The notes: generated by a model not told the origin, from the sequence alone. Numbered from the stretch's first letter, positions 26,201-40,038 are shown. The stretch: DNA of 64,000 nt from Proteromonas lacertae (GCA_002245135.1 NGBS01000589.1:62001-126000), one strand, 5' to 3'. A program made the numbers and translations.

Positions 26201-27811
26201 TTAATATCTACCAAATCCCATACTTCCTCCAGTTTGTTTACTTTTGCCTGAGAGATCTGGAATAGATGCAAATGCGCTATTTCCAGCTCTAGCAAATGAA
26301 GACACTGGCTTAGGTTCTAAAACAGTTGGACCATATCTTGCATTTCTAATATAAACACTAGCGCCATCCTTCTTCATTGAAGTTTGTCTTGGGAATTGTG
26401 ATCCTTTAGAAGATCCCATACCACTACCACTTCCACTATTACCAAACATACTGCTAATCTGTTGTACGCCAAAATTGGAGTTAGTTAAAGATGGAGGACC
26501 TTCTGATGGTTTTCTAGATCCTTGTTTAACGAAGGGTACACCTCCTATTTTGTTGGAAACTGGCATATTGGAAGAAGGATTAGTTGTGGTTGTTGTTGTA
26601 TTAGTAGTTCCACCTGCATTGGTTGAATTATCATCATCATAATTACTAAGAAACTTATCAATGTCAAAATCATCAGGAATTGGTGGAATTGGTTTATCTT
26701 CTTTCTTAATACTTGGTTGGCTTTGAATTGGTCCACCAAATGAATTAGTTGTAGAACTTGAAGCAGCAGCACCTGTTGGTGTTGGATTAGAAGGAGGATT
26801 GATAGGTTCACTTGATTCAGTCAAACCTCTAGGTACTTGGATATTTTTAGTGAAAAACGGATATTGCAATGCTTGACTTGCTGTTGGTCTTTTATTAGGG
26901 TCATATTTTAAAAGATCTGTAACCAGTTGAATTGCTTCAGGTGAGGCTTGAGGGATTAATGTACTTAATGCAGTAGGAACAAACTGTGGGAATCTAAAAC
27001 TCATTTTTGTTGCTAATTTTATACCTTCACTCCAATTACTGTTAGTTGGACTTCCTAACACACTACATATTTTATATATTTGATCTGCTTCACTAGAACC
27101 AGGAAATAAAGGACGTAATGTAAATAATTCAGCAATTATACATCCTATAGCCCAGAGATCGATTGGACTATTATAAGTGAGGGATCTCAACAGTACTTCT
27201 GGAGCTCTATACCATCTTGTACTTACATAGTCTGTATATGGTGGTTTTGAACGAATTTCACGAGCTAAACCGAAATCTGCTAGTTTTACTACATCTCCTT
27301 TGCATAAATAATTTTCTGGCTTAATATCACGATGAAAGAATCCGTGCTTGTGCATAAAAGCTAATCCTTGTAATAATTGGTAAGTTATATTACGGATTTT
27401 GGATTCTGGTATAAGTTTAGTTCTATTTTTCATGAATTCGTATAGATTTTGATCTAAATATTCAAATACAAAGAATAATTCATCATTTTCTCTTATAACT
27501 TCTTTCAATTTCACTATATTTGGATGATTTAATTTTTTCAATGACTAAAAGATATAAAAATGTTTATGAATACTTTAACTTCTCTGAGTTGCATACATTC
27601 ATCCCAAGTATAAAACTTCTTTTTCATCTTTTTAATTGCAACCTACAAGTACATTAGAATGAATGAATATACAACTTCACCAGTCTGCCTGTTTACAGCT
27701 TTTAAGACAGATCCATAAGTACCATCTCCAACTACCTTTGTTATCTAAGAAACATTAGATGGAAGGAAATGACATTATTATTATGCTTATATATACCTGA
27801 TATCGATTCAT
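26201..27811 (-). CDS. MAK: MAK/ICK (RCK family) serine/threonine kinase
   Basis: MNRY...GDGTYGSV...[33 protein letters not shown], and [27 protein letters not shown] (TDY activation loop). Confidence 0.93.
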
Positions 27812-27841
27812 AGCTGAATTTAAAATTTAAAACCGAAGAAC

Positions 27842-27848
27842 TCAAGCC
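27842..27848 (-). promoter_or_regulatory. Candidate core-promoter motif GGCTTGA (example upstream of MAK)
   Basis: The same motif lies on the sense strand 28-80 nt upstream of at least six other ATGs (see findings). Confidence 0.5.
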
Positions 27849-28032
27849 AAATCTATATTTCATTTTTAAATTTCATTTTTCCCATCTAATACAACAATTT
27901 ATATTTATATTAAAAACAAAATAATATAAACCCTATTACAAAATTAAAGATTAAATCATTATATCTGTACAGTTTTCAAATTGCCAGAATTTTTAAGTTA
28001 GAGAACGTGATTAAACATACTTAAATTATTAT

Positions 28033-28836
28033 TTATATCGATTGAGATGATACTCTTTCAATGGGTGGAGATATGACTTTACTAAATGGTTTATCTAACA
28101 TTAAATCACTAGATCTATTGCTACTACTACTAGCTGTAATTATGGTTGCTGATGCCGAGGATGTACCAGTGGTTGCTTCTACTATAGAAGTACCTAATGA
28201 CGACTGAATTGGAGAATTACCAGTTGAATTCGCTGATGATGGACTATTACTATTACCTTTCTCTATTGTAATGTTTGCAGTTGTTGGTGTAGTGGAGGTC
28301 GGTGTTGTTGATGTTGATTTTGGTTGACCAATTGTACCAGCATTATTATTATTATTATTATTGGTTGTTGTAGTTAATGGAGGTGTTAATGGTGGAGGTG
28401 ATATATTATTATTAATGGTTACCCCTGTAGCAGCAGCAGTATTAGTTGTTGTTGTTGTTGTAGTGGCAATACCTGAATCAACTGAACAACTTCTAGGGTA
28501 ATAATAATAATAACCATTATTATTATTATTATCAATAGATGTAGCTGATGTTGGTGAACTAATGTTGTTGTTATTACCATTCTCATTATAATAATTATTA
28601 TAAATATCATCTAAGACTATTGGATTATTATTATTATTATTATATTGTAATGGATTAACTATCATTTCATCATCATATATTAAATTATTATTATTATTAT
28701 TATTAATAGATGAAAAATAATTAGGGATATTATGATGTTGAGATATTCCATTGGTGTTGTTATTATGATAATAATTATTATTATTTTCTACTATATCTAT
28801 ACTACTACTACCTCTTCCATCACTAGTACCAGCAGA

Positions 28837-28878
<42 letters not shown>

Positions 28879-29395
28879 ACTTCCTGTTAATGGTAATGGT
28901 GGAGATAATGGTGGTGATTGGTTATTATTGTTATTATAATAATATTCGTCCATACCAAGTGGAGGTGAATGAATATAATAATTAGACTCATATCCATCGC
29001 TAGAGAGTGGTATCGCAGGTGGCATTGTTATGTTATTAATCATTGAATAAGGTGGTGGAGGAATCTGCATTGAGTTTGATAATAATGTCATTTGAGCTGT
29101 TGCTGTTTGTGGATTCTGTAATGATATTGGTTGTTGAGTTGTCGCTGTAGCATTAGGAGGTATAATATTCCTATAATAGTATAAATTATCACTTTCAACG
29201 GGTGTTACTGGAGATGGTATTAAATTAGGATTTACAGACGCTGCAGCTGCTGATACTGGATTGGCTAATCCATTGCCATATGCAGATAAATAACTATAAT
29301 CAGCTGGAATTGATGGTGATGCTGGATTATGATAATAATATGAATTCATATCAATATTCTGCTGTTGCTGTTGCTGCTGTTGGGATTGAGATTGT

Positions 29396-29427
<32 letters not shown>

Positions 29428-29932
29428 TTGAGATTGTTGATTTCCTTGATTCCCTTGTATATTTAAGCTGGACATATACATTCCTAATTTGTCAATGTCA
29501 TACTATATAATATAAAACTAATAATATACATTAGAGTTGTTATTCGGTTGATTATGAATAAATGCACACTTATTACCAAATCTACACTGTCCAGTACGAT
29601 AAAAACATTCGCATAATTCAGTCCTCCACTTTTTAGCACTTGGTACTAACCTCATCTTTGCTTTGTCTTCTAAAGAAACACTACGCAAGTCGTCAGGTCC
29701 ATGAGCATAGGCACATTCCTCTATAAATATATATATATATTTGTAATGCATTCAATACCCTTCTTTCTTCTACACATTCCTTTTAGAAAGTCTTTGCACA
29801 ATTCTGTCTTACGTAGAGCCTAATATAATAAACTGATTATATTTATACTACAAACTTATTTACTTTTTTCGTAGGTTTCTCATCTAAAGAATAGAGAAAA
29901 CAAGTCTTACTTTCTGGTGGTTTGACACTCAT
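28033..29932 (-). CDS. Tandem CCCH zinc-finger RNA-binding protein (TTP/TIS11-like) with Q/N/T low-complexity tail
   Basis: RKTELCKDFLKGMC...ECAYAHG and KWRTELCECFYRTGQCRFGNKCAFIH. Confidence 0.85.
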
Positions 29933-30370
29933 TTATAGAGTTACGGTTTGAATATATTCGATAGAATAATAAATATGGCTGAATGTGATTAAAATCACAA
30001 TTAAATGATGATTATAAAATCACCTTAAAAATAAATGAAGTCGTTTCAAGTGTATTGACCAATAAAATGAAAAAAAGATGCATTTTTGATTTTTATGTTT
30101 TTGGTTAAAAAATAAAAACAGATTTGTTTATCGTACATATTTGACATGTTGCAGGCTTCTTGAAATGATAAACTAAATAAACTGTTGGTATTACTAATGT
30201 TTATAAATAGATTTTTGATCTTTTTCAGAAATGAACTTTTATGTTTTATTATACGTTTGAATTAATAAACACAATGATATAATCATTTCTGAAATTTAAA
30301 ATGAAACACAAAAAAATATCACTTTAACCCAACTAAAACATATACAATCGGTAGTTTTATTACATAAGAA

Positions 30371-31576
30371 TTACCTCTGGAATCTTTTACGATCAAAGGT
30401 CAAATCATTTCCATATTTACCGTTAGTTAAAATCTCATACCCAGTTGCAGTTACTAAAATCGTATGTTCGAATTGTGCACTCCTACTACCATCCTTTGTA
30501 ACACTTGTCCAATTATCAGGCCAACCAATTTGTTGATAATGACCAGCATTTATCATAGGTTCAACAGTCAATGTTACACCTTCTTTCAATACACCTTTTC
30601 CTTTATTTCCTGCATAATGTGGAACAGTTGGATTACAATGGAACATTTTACCGATTCCATGGCCACAATAGTCTTTTACTACTGAAAAATGGTGTTTCTG
30701 TGCTACTGGTGTAATAGCATTACCGATTTCTCTAACAAAAGTACCTGGTTTGACTAAATACAATAAATATCAACGAAATATATATACTTTGTTCAATTCC
30801 AGCTTTCATACAGTTATAGGTTGTTTCAATTAATTCCCAATCTTTTTCACTACCATGACCAATCATAAATGTTTCATTTAAATCACCATGATAACCGTTT
30901 ACATACACAGTAATATCTAAATCAACGATATCACCATCTTGTAATGGTCTATTATCTGGAATACCATGACAGACCACTTCATTCACAGATCTATACCATA
31001 ATTAAATTAAATTATCTATACGTGCAAAGTGACTTAGGGAATTTATAATAATTAAGAGGACTTGGATACACTTTACGTTTTATACATTCATTATATACGA
31101 TTTTATCAATTTCATCTGTTGTTACACCTACTGCTAAATGACTACTAGCTATATCTAATATTTCACGTCCAATTCTGCAAGCTTCTCTCATTTTCTTAAT
31201 TTCTTCAGGTGTTTTCACTTCGATTCCAGGTTGTTCATTTTCTTCACATTCTGAACGACCTTCTGGATCTTTTGCATAATCTGGACATATTATATCATCA
31301 GGAACATGATATTGTGGAGCTTGAATGCCTGGTCTTACTGAACCAGTAAATTCAAAGTCTTTGAAACGAGCATCAGGTTCTGGATTGTGTTTTAAACGGT
31401 GTTCACTCCAATCAGCTTTGAAACACTCTTGGGAACAATAATAAGTAGCACTTTTGCCTTGTTTAGTACAAATGGGACAATGTCTTGTAGCTTGTTTACC
31501 ACATCCTTCTTTTGCACATATTTTCTATATAAATTAATATTATACACATAATATATACACCTTCCTCCTCTGGCAT
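30371..31576 (-). CDS. METAP1: Methionine aminopeptidase 1 with N-terminal zinc finger
   Basis: [54 protein letters not shown] and SAQFEHT motifs. Confidence 0.96.
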
Positions 31577-31669
31577 GAGATATTATCAACACGAGTTTTA
31601 ACCAAAAAATCCCCTTCAATTTATTCACAAACTTTAGCTTGATTTAATAATTTTGTTTATTTCGTCTAT

Positions 31670-33771
31670 ATGGCATCTGAAGAATCAAACAACGATCAAA
31701 ATATACACACAGACGATACACACGAAGGTATTTACCCTGCTTATATTATATATATCTGCAAATCTCTTTCTTTGCGTGTACTTTATTGTTTATAGGTTTT
31801 GTTAATAATTTTTCTATTTCATCGTCATACAATTTTAATAATATAAATAATCAAAATAATTTACTGCCTTATAATGATTATACACTTTATCCATATCCTC
31901 TGTCATCTGGACATAGTCAAAATGAAACAAGAGAGCCTATTACCATGTCTAATGATAATTCTTGGTCTTATTACCCTCCTAGTCATCAATTTTCAGAATT
32001 AGCTCAACAGAATAACCAAAATAGTGTATCACCTAATCTTCAACAACAGCAACAGCAGCAACAAGTTTCTCCTCCACTCAATTATCCTGCAGATGTACAA
32101 TACCAACATCAAATTCAATTACCTCCTCTTCAACATTCTTCACAGCAACAACAAACATCTTCATTCAATCCACACACAATATCACAAATAAAAGAACCAA
32201 ACAAAAATAGAATAACAATAAGAAAAACATCAGATATAATGATTAACAACAATATCAATTCTTCAACATCATCATCATCTTCTTCTTCATTAGATAAACC
32301 ACAAAGAGTAAAACGAAAAATATCCTGGTCATCTGAACAATTATCCTACGCTTTTGACCTAGTTAAACGAGGAAAAACAACACGTGAAGCAGCAAGAATG
32401 TCAGAAATACCACATTCAACATTACATGATAGATTACGAAATCCACACAAGCATCCAAAACCTGGAAAACCTCCAGTGTTATCACAATCTGAGGAAATAT
32501 TAATAGTAAATTACTTAGTGAATTTAATGGATAGTGGATATAATGTGAATAACAACACTATGAAGAATATAGTTCAAGGAATAATAAGTAGTGATGGAAG
32601 AAGCCATCCTTTTAAAGAAGATGGACCACATCGACATTGGTTTGATGGGTTTGAAAAAAGAAATCCAATTCTATTGGAATATAAGAAAAAACATAAATAT
32701 AATTACAAGAACAATAGTAAAAATAATAATAATCAAAAGTCTGAAGTAACAATGGATATGATTGAAATATTTGTGAAAGATATAAATCATTATAATATGA
32801 ATGGAAATATTGATCAAATAGCTCAAGAGATTGAAAATAATAATAATAATAATAATATAAATAGAATAGAAGATAATGACGAAGAAGATAATGAATTAGA
32901 ATCAATTGCAATTATGAATAATTCAATTCAAACAAATCAACAACAACAACAACAACAATCAATACCCCAATCAATAATACAAGAAACACCAGACAATATA
33001 GATATATCAAATAATAATAATAGTTTTGAACAACAACAACAACAACAACAACAGTCTTCATTATCATTATCAACTCCAAATACAATTCCAACACCATCAC
33101 CTATGTTAATTCCAATACAAATGAAACAATCTCCAAATACAGTCAATTCACTAAATACACTTAATACAACAAATACACCAAATACAAAATGTAAAAAAGA
33201 GTGGAATGTAAATGATATTGAATTAGCGATAAAACAAATGCAAAATGGTGTAAGTATTAGAGTAGTTAGTACAGAAACAGGTATTCCAACTGGAACAATA
33301 CGAAATCATATTAGAAATCCAAATATGTGTTGTAAAAGAGGTCCACCAACAGTTTTACGTGATTATGAAGAGAAATTGATAGAAAAATACTTGATAAAAT
33401 ATTGTAATAATAATAATAATAATATATTATATAAATGGAATAATGGTGATGTATGTAAAATAGTGAAGAGGTTATTAAAGAATGATAGTCGTCAGAATGT
33501 GTTTAAAAATGATGGACCGCATAGACATTGGTATCAAGTATATATATATATATATAATTATATAATGAATTAGGGTTTTTTAAATAGACATCCATGTTTA
33601 GAGAATTATAAGAATAAGAATAACAATCAAACAATGATTCCTAGTGAAGTATTAGAGCAAATTATTACACAGATTTTAGAAGAGAAAGAGTTGTTGATGA
33701 AAGGAGATAATAATAATATTAATAACAATAATGAGTATGATGAATTAACATTATATAATTCAATTCCTTAA
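31670..33771 (+). CDS. Protein with two Psq-HTH + CENP-B-HTH DNA-binding modules (pogo/Tigger-derived), no DDE domain
   Basis: WSSEQL..AFDLVKRGKTTREAARMSEIPHSTLHDRL..GKPPVLSQSEE..GPHRHWFDGFEKRNP, and a second copy ending GPHRHWYQGFLNRHP. Confidence 0.82.
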
Positions 33772-33775
33772 AATA

Positions 33776-33783
33776 TGTTTGTT
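33776..33783 (+). terminator. TGTTTGTT putative 3'-processing/polyadenylation element (example)
   Basis: Lies 4 nt after the TAA at 33769-33771. Also seen at 8770-8777(+), 4221-4228(-) and 49747-49754(-). Matches the motif described downstream of Blastocystis poly(A) sites. Confidence 0.55.
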
Positions 33784-33852
33784 TATTTTAATTCTTTTCA
33801 AAAAACAACAAAATAATTAGTAATAATGGGATTGCAATGTTTTAATCGTTCT

Positions 33853-35227
33853 TTAAAATAATAACAACATTATCATTATTAATATCATCATATTCATTAT
33901 AATATGAGAGGAAATATCATCAACAGGAACAAGTGTTGGACCAAAATCATCAGGTAAATTATCACTTTTATATTCTTCACCAACAAATGCAACTCCTTCA
34001 GCATATATCTTTCCATTTCTTTTATAGAATGGTTTGTCTTTTAATCTATTTCCTATATCAATAAAAGATGGTTTCATAAATTCTATCATATAAGTCATAT
34101 CATTTTCTTTAGAAGTCCAGTAAGTGTAATTATATGGCTTATTAATTTCAAATACAATTCCATATGAGTTGTTTAAACGATCCAAAGTTTGTTGATTTCC
34201 AACATATCCAAATAATCTCTCTTCATCAAATTGATTCACTTTTGTTATTTCTATTTATTATAACTAAATAATAATTATACTATTTCCTTCTCTTTCTATT
34301 GAAAATTCAAAAACAATATTAATGTTCAAGTCTTCATTTTCATATATTGCTTTACTTAGATTTGAATGAATCACTATTTTCTTTGATAATATATATGCTT
34401 CTATACATCCAAATCCAAATAAATCATCTTCTTCAACTGCAACTACTCCAATATTTGTTATATGAACATTTCCATTATATGGTTCACTTGCATTAACTAT
34501 TGGAGATGTAAAATACTCTTCTGGAAGTGTTTTCTTATCATATGTTATTCCTTCAACAATATCATTCTTTCCTTCAATATACGTTTTTGAACCTCTTTGA
34601 TATACTTTTGTTATATTCAACTGTAAAGATTCTAAATATAAATCTCGATAATAATCAATATAACCAACTATAATACTTAATTCATACCATTTTTCTAAAG
34701 AATATGGTTTAGATTTTTCTATTTCAAAGTTATAATCTTCATTCCACCACTTAATATTATCATCATCATTAGCAAATCCATATGTTTTATCAGTTTCTAA
34801 TTTTATATTACTAATTTCAGTGTAATCGCCTTTATCCTCTCTTTTCATTGAATAATAAAATATAAAACTAATAGAAAAATAAATTTCTGTATGTAAAATA
34901 ATTTCATTTCCAATAATCCATATTTTACCATTAAAAGGTTTGTAATATGTTCCATATGGTCCATAATCTAATTCATAGAATAATGGAAATGATTGAAAGT
35001 AAGCACCACTTGTTAGTTTTGTTTTTTCATCTGGTTCATCAGCTGGAGTATCTCGACCTTCTTCTACATTTAACATATCCCTCTTTTCACTGTTATTATC
35101 AAGTTCTCTATCATCATTTCCATCTATTATCGATAAATTAACAAAATATACAGGTAAAACACAAGAAAATAAATAATAACACCAATATTTCCTTATTCTA
35201 TACAAAATAAACACTCCAATATACCAT
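33853..35227 (-). CDS. Putative surface protein (signal peptide plus hydrophobic C-tail), paralogue of 60053-61453
   Basis: Spliced start M|NKEILVLLFIFLCFT|YGN; C-terminus IIMNMMILIMIMLLLF. High similarity to 60053-61453. Confidence 0.75.
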
Positions 35228-35917
35228 TTCAATAAAGAATGAAATATTACTTTTCTTCACTTTTATTGGATATTCATTTCTCGCCTGTTTTTATCATTCA
35301 TCTGCTTTATATTTTCATCAATTTTCATGATAGATATACAAATATCATATATTTAGATAGAAATGACTGAAAATTAATGGATTAACATGTAATTTAATTA
35401 ATTTCTGTAATTTAGGAGTACCAACTTATGATAATACGTATTTACCATACAATAAAAATATTTCATATATAATAAGTAAAATATTCACTTGAATGTAATA
35501 GAAACTATAATTTTGATAAAGATGTATAATACTATCTATACTAAGATTTAAATTTCATTTACATCTGTAGTTATCTATAAAATATATATTGAACTATTTA
35601 TCTTCAATTATAAAGCTCATCTGTATGATATATTCTGATTTTTATTTTCTCACTTCAAACTAAAACTTGATTTTTCAATTTTGATTTTTTCGTTCCTTAT
35701 AACACAAATTTCTGTTTTCAAATTTCATATGAACCAAATAAACGATTTGCTTTTATCCAAAACAAATAAAATTCGAAAATATGTATTGATTATTAAATTC
35801 CCAACATTAAAATGAATGTATAAAAATAACATAGGTTCTTTTTAAATTCATTTAATACATCATTGCAAATATAGCAGATAATGCCATTTACATAGAATTA
35901 ATGAAACTAAAAATGTA

Positions 35918-36223
35918 TTACTCATATAGTATAAACAACAACAACAAAAAAGATATGGTTGCAAGTGTGAAGTATGTACCTGCTGCTTTAGGTTCAGTTG
36001 CATTACCTGTTGTTGGTACATCTGTAGTTGGAGCAGTTGTAGCACCAGTAGCTGTTGTTTCACCTGTTGCATCTTCAGCATCTACATTAGCGGCAATACA
36101 GAAAGCTAATGACATATTAATCTACATTGTTATTATACCTTGAGCAGCTATGAGGACGATGAAGAATAAACATAAGAATTTGGTCTAAATAATAATCAAA
36201 AACTATATTCATACAGAGTTCAT
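35918..36223 (-). CDS. Small Thr/Ala-rich mucin-like protein, probably GPI-anchored
   Basis: Signal MNSTKFLCLFFIVLIAAQ; core ATGETTATGATTAPTTDVPTT; tail AAGTYFTLATISFLLLLFILYE. Confidence 0.7.
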
Positions 36224-36615
36224 TGTTGAAATATTTTAAGATGAAGGAAATGAAGAGATTCTGAAGTGAAATGCCAAAGATTTAAAAATTTTGCGAAACG
36301 GTATATGACGAACTTGGTATCTTATATGCAAATGAAGGTTATTTAAATGACATTTAGTTAAAATAAACATAAAATCCCCGCTTATATACTTACTTTAAAT
36401 TGATGACCCATCTTGGTGTTTTTTTCATAGAAACTGTGTTTTTTAAGTTTTGAGAGTATGTATAAAGTACATCATGTTTTTATTTTTAAATCGAATTGAT
36501 TGTTGACCAGTATAATCCACATAAAAGAACACAACAGTATAGTCAATCAATAATAAATCTTAAAACATTACAAAAATCATAGTAATTAATAGCAATTACA
36601 AATAATTAAGAAGAA

Positions 36616-37764
36616 CTAGTATTTTCTAATTTTTAAAAAGGATATTGTTATTAAGGAAAAATAAGAATTTGATACAGATGGTTGAGGTGGTATATTTGAT
36701 GGGAACTCAGTCAAATCATAAACTTCACCTTTTACTCTTTCACTCATCACACATGTTGTTCCTTCTACATATACACTAATTGTTCTCTCATCCATTCCAT
36801 CAGCTGTCATGTATATTTTATCGTATAAATCTTTATTTGATATATCTCTATTACAGAATAATAAATTACAAAATCTATACTTCAGAAGGATTGTTTCATT
36901 GATTTTCAACCCACTATTTCCAATTAATTTAAGTGCTTCATCATTATATCCATACACATAGGCACTATCAATCATCCACTTCAATTCAGTGATATTACTA
37001 TAAGCTATTGTAATATAATAAAATATAATATTATTATACTATCTGCCTTTTTATTAACATAAGTATATTCACATACAAAATAAACACCTGTTGCTTTACC
37101 ACCAGTCATATAATCAGCAGCAACTCTTGCTCTATTAGTCTTTAAAAACACAAAATCCATTGGATAACTATCAAATAAACAACCGGATTCCATCGGTTTC
37201 TTATTTGAGGTAGGTGCATCTGGAATATCTTTTGGAAATTCAGTGGAAGTGTAAACAACACCTTTTACTCTTTCACTCAATATGCATTGATCACCTTCTA
37301 CATATATTTTTATTGTTCTTTCATCCATAGCATCAGCCGTTTGATATAATGAGTTGTATAACGTCTTATTAGATACGTCGCTTAGAAAAATTGTTTGATT
37401 TATTTTTAAACCTTCATTTCCTATTGATTTAAGCCCTTCTTCGTTATATCCAAACACATAGGCAGAATTTATATCCCACTTCATTTCAGTGATGTTACTA
37501 TATGTATCACCTACTATATTCTTGTATGTATAAAAACAAACAAAGTAGACACCTGTTAAAGCTTTGTCTACCATATAATCTGCTCCAATTCTTGCTTTAC
37601 CAGTACTTAGAAATACGAAATCCATTGGAAAACTATCAAAATAGCATCCCGATGCCATTGGTTTCTGATCTGCGGCTTTTACAACTAATTCAAAAATGAA
37701 AATTGCATAAAAGTATACCAGAAGTTGCAATAACTACAATAAACAATACTAGAGTGTATTTCAT
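36616..37764 (-). CDS. Secreted or surface protein with two tandem copies of an uncharacterised domain
   Basis: Signal MKYTLVLFIVVIATS. Two copies of KPMxSGCxFDSxPMDFVFL...SAYVxGYN...ADxMDERTI..YVEG...SERVKG. 3' end uncertain. Confidence 0.75.
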
Positions 37765-38119
37765 CTAAAAATAACAATATGTAATGTAATTATACTAAAG
37801 AAATTAGAAGAAAAGAAATGAAATGAAAATTCAAATTTCTTACACGTGTAATTTAAAACACATGTTAAAGTAACATGTGCTGATTAAAAATGATTTTGTT
37901 TGTAATTGTCATCAGTTATACAAAAAATTAAAGCTGTATACAGTAAAACAATCAACAATCAAAACAATATCTCATAAATTCATAATATTTTAGTTAATAT
38001 ATACAAATAAAGATTAATTAACATATTTAAGATAATTTATATTACTCTTTTAAGAAGATCAACAACAAATTAAACATTTCAATAAAAATAACAACAATTA
38101 TAATTATAATTATTATACT

Positions 38120-40038
38120 TTACAATTCAGTGAGAAAATCTCCATCTTTAAAACGTAGTAATTTGCCATATGGAATTACTTTTGGTAATTCTATTCAAAA
38201 TTATAAAAATAATATGATAATACTTAGTCCACTTGGCATATACTTAAATGTAGGATTTGAAATAATCACATACTTCGATCTTAAGCTTGAATTATTAATT
38301 TTTTCAACTGTTTTTTCATCATATAATCCTTTAACATATTCATTCTTAAATACAGGATGTAAAATGAAATAATCTGCATTATCCATACTCTTATATTCTT
38401 CTTCATTATATTCAGTTCCTGCTACTGTCAATACATAATTATGATTATTCATTTTTACATTCAAACCAATGTATTTCCATTCACCTTCACCTTTGATGAT
38501 TGGTTTAAATTCTTCATTATTATTATTATTTGTATTATTATTAATAATATATTTAAAATGATATGAATCTATATCAAATTCATCAGTTTCTATAATATCA
38601 AATATTTCACTTATTTCAACAGGTCGAACATCACCATTTCTATCAGTATAACCTTCCACAATCGGTATTAACTTCTCTTCCAACAACTGTTTAGTATTCT
38701 TTGGACAATATATCTTAGTTATTAGATATATTCCTTTAGTCTCTGGATGTAGTTTTGATTTAGTTGATGTTGGTGGTGAATAATGTCTTGTCCACATTGC
38801 TTGTTCTATTCCACTACTATGAGTACTCTTTAAATCAGTGATAATAATACAATATAAATCATGTAAACTAATTCCCAATTCTAATAGACTTTGAGGCATA
38901 AATACACCACAATTCACCAATACGAATCCTAATGGTGTATTAATAATATATCCGTTATCAAGATAAGGTAATGTTGATTGATATTGTGTACCTGCTGATA
39001 TGAGTGTAAATTCATCTTTTGGATTGATTTCATCCCAATTGATGGATGGTGGTGGTGTAATTGGTTCTGTAGGTTTGAATGTGCCAGTCTAAATATAATA
39101 GATAATGAAATATTAATATATACTTCTACTACTTTATCAGTAATAATGAATGTCTGACCTCTCTTTGCTACTCCTCTAAATCCATCATTCTTCAACATTT
39201 CATCTTTTGGAATGCAATTAGTTCCCATAATTATTGTCCTATTCCTATCATTTTCAGGTAATGATTCCTTCATATCAGGATAATGAGCATGCACTGTACC
39301 TTTATAACTTGGATACATCATGCAATCGTGGAAGATTATCTATTAATTTAAAAAAATGATAAATAATAAATACTTTACTATCTGGGAATCTCTTATGTAT
39401 ATTTGATCTAAATTCAGAATCACCTGAAAACACTATTTCGAGTGATTTTCGAAAGATTTGAAATCCATAAGCTGGTTTATCAACTTTATCACCTGTACCG
39501 TGATATACACGGAAATATTTAAATTGAAATCCACCAAACTCTAATGATAAGTCAGGATAGATTGATAGAGGATGATGAACGAATATCTCTTCATATTTCA
39601 CTAAACGATATTTTCCATCTGCATCTTGAGTATACCATTGCATTGAAGGTTCTAGATATTTTCTAAGTCGTTCTAATACATCTGGTGCGGAGTATATATG
39701 TGTTTTGAAGTGTTTTGGGACTTTACCACCAAAATATCTCATCCAAGCTATATGTTCTATCCCATTAACATGATCACCATGAATCTATTGAGTATAATAT
39801 TTGAATTAAGTACATGAGTAAGTAATATGCCTGCTATAGCCTCAAAAGGAAGATTTAGTGATATTAACTCATATGGCATCGTTCCACCACAATCTATCAC
39901 TAATGGGCCTTTTTCTGTCCATAACACTGCATTATTATTAGAGTTTAATCTTGCATCACAGAGAGCACTTCCAGTACCACCAAAGGTCAATTGAATACAC
40001 TAGATGATAATATGAGTAAGATATACATCTGAATTCAT
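38120..40038 (-). CDS. Tandem metallo-beta-lactamase-fold hydrolase (RNase Z/phosphodiesterase-like); first domain intact, second degenerate
   Basis: Domain 1: FGGTGSA, VIDCG, LLTH|IHGDH, FSGDS, HDC, VHAHY. Domain 2: LVNCG..IIITDLKSTHSSGIE. Confidence 0.82.

Noticed and set aside
36600..36675. U12-like signals (ATATCCTTT, TTTTCCTTAAT) at the 3' end of the two-domain surface gene
   Set aside because: The same bases encode SYFSLITISFL, which matches the neighbour's coding tail, and no consistent splice product was found.
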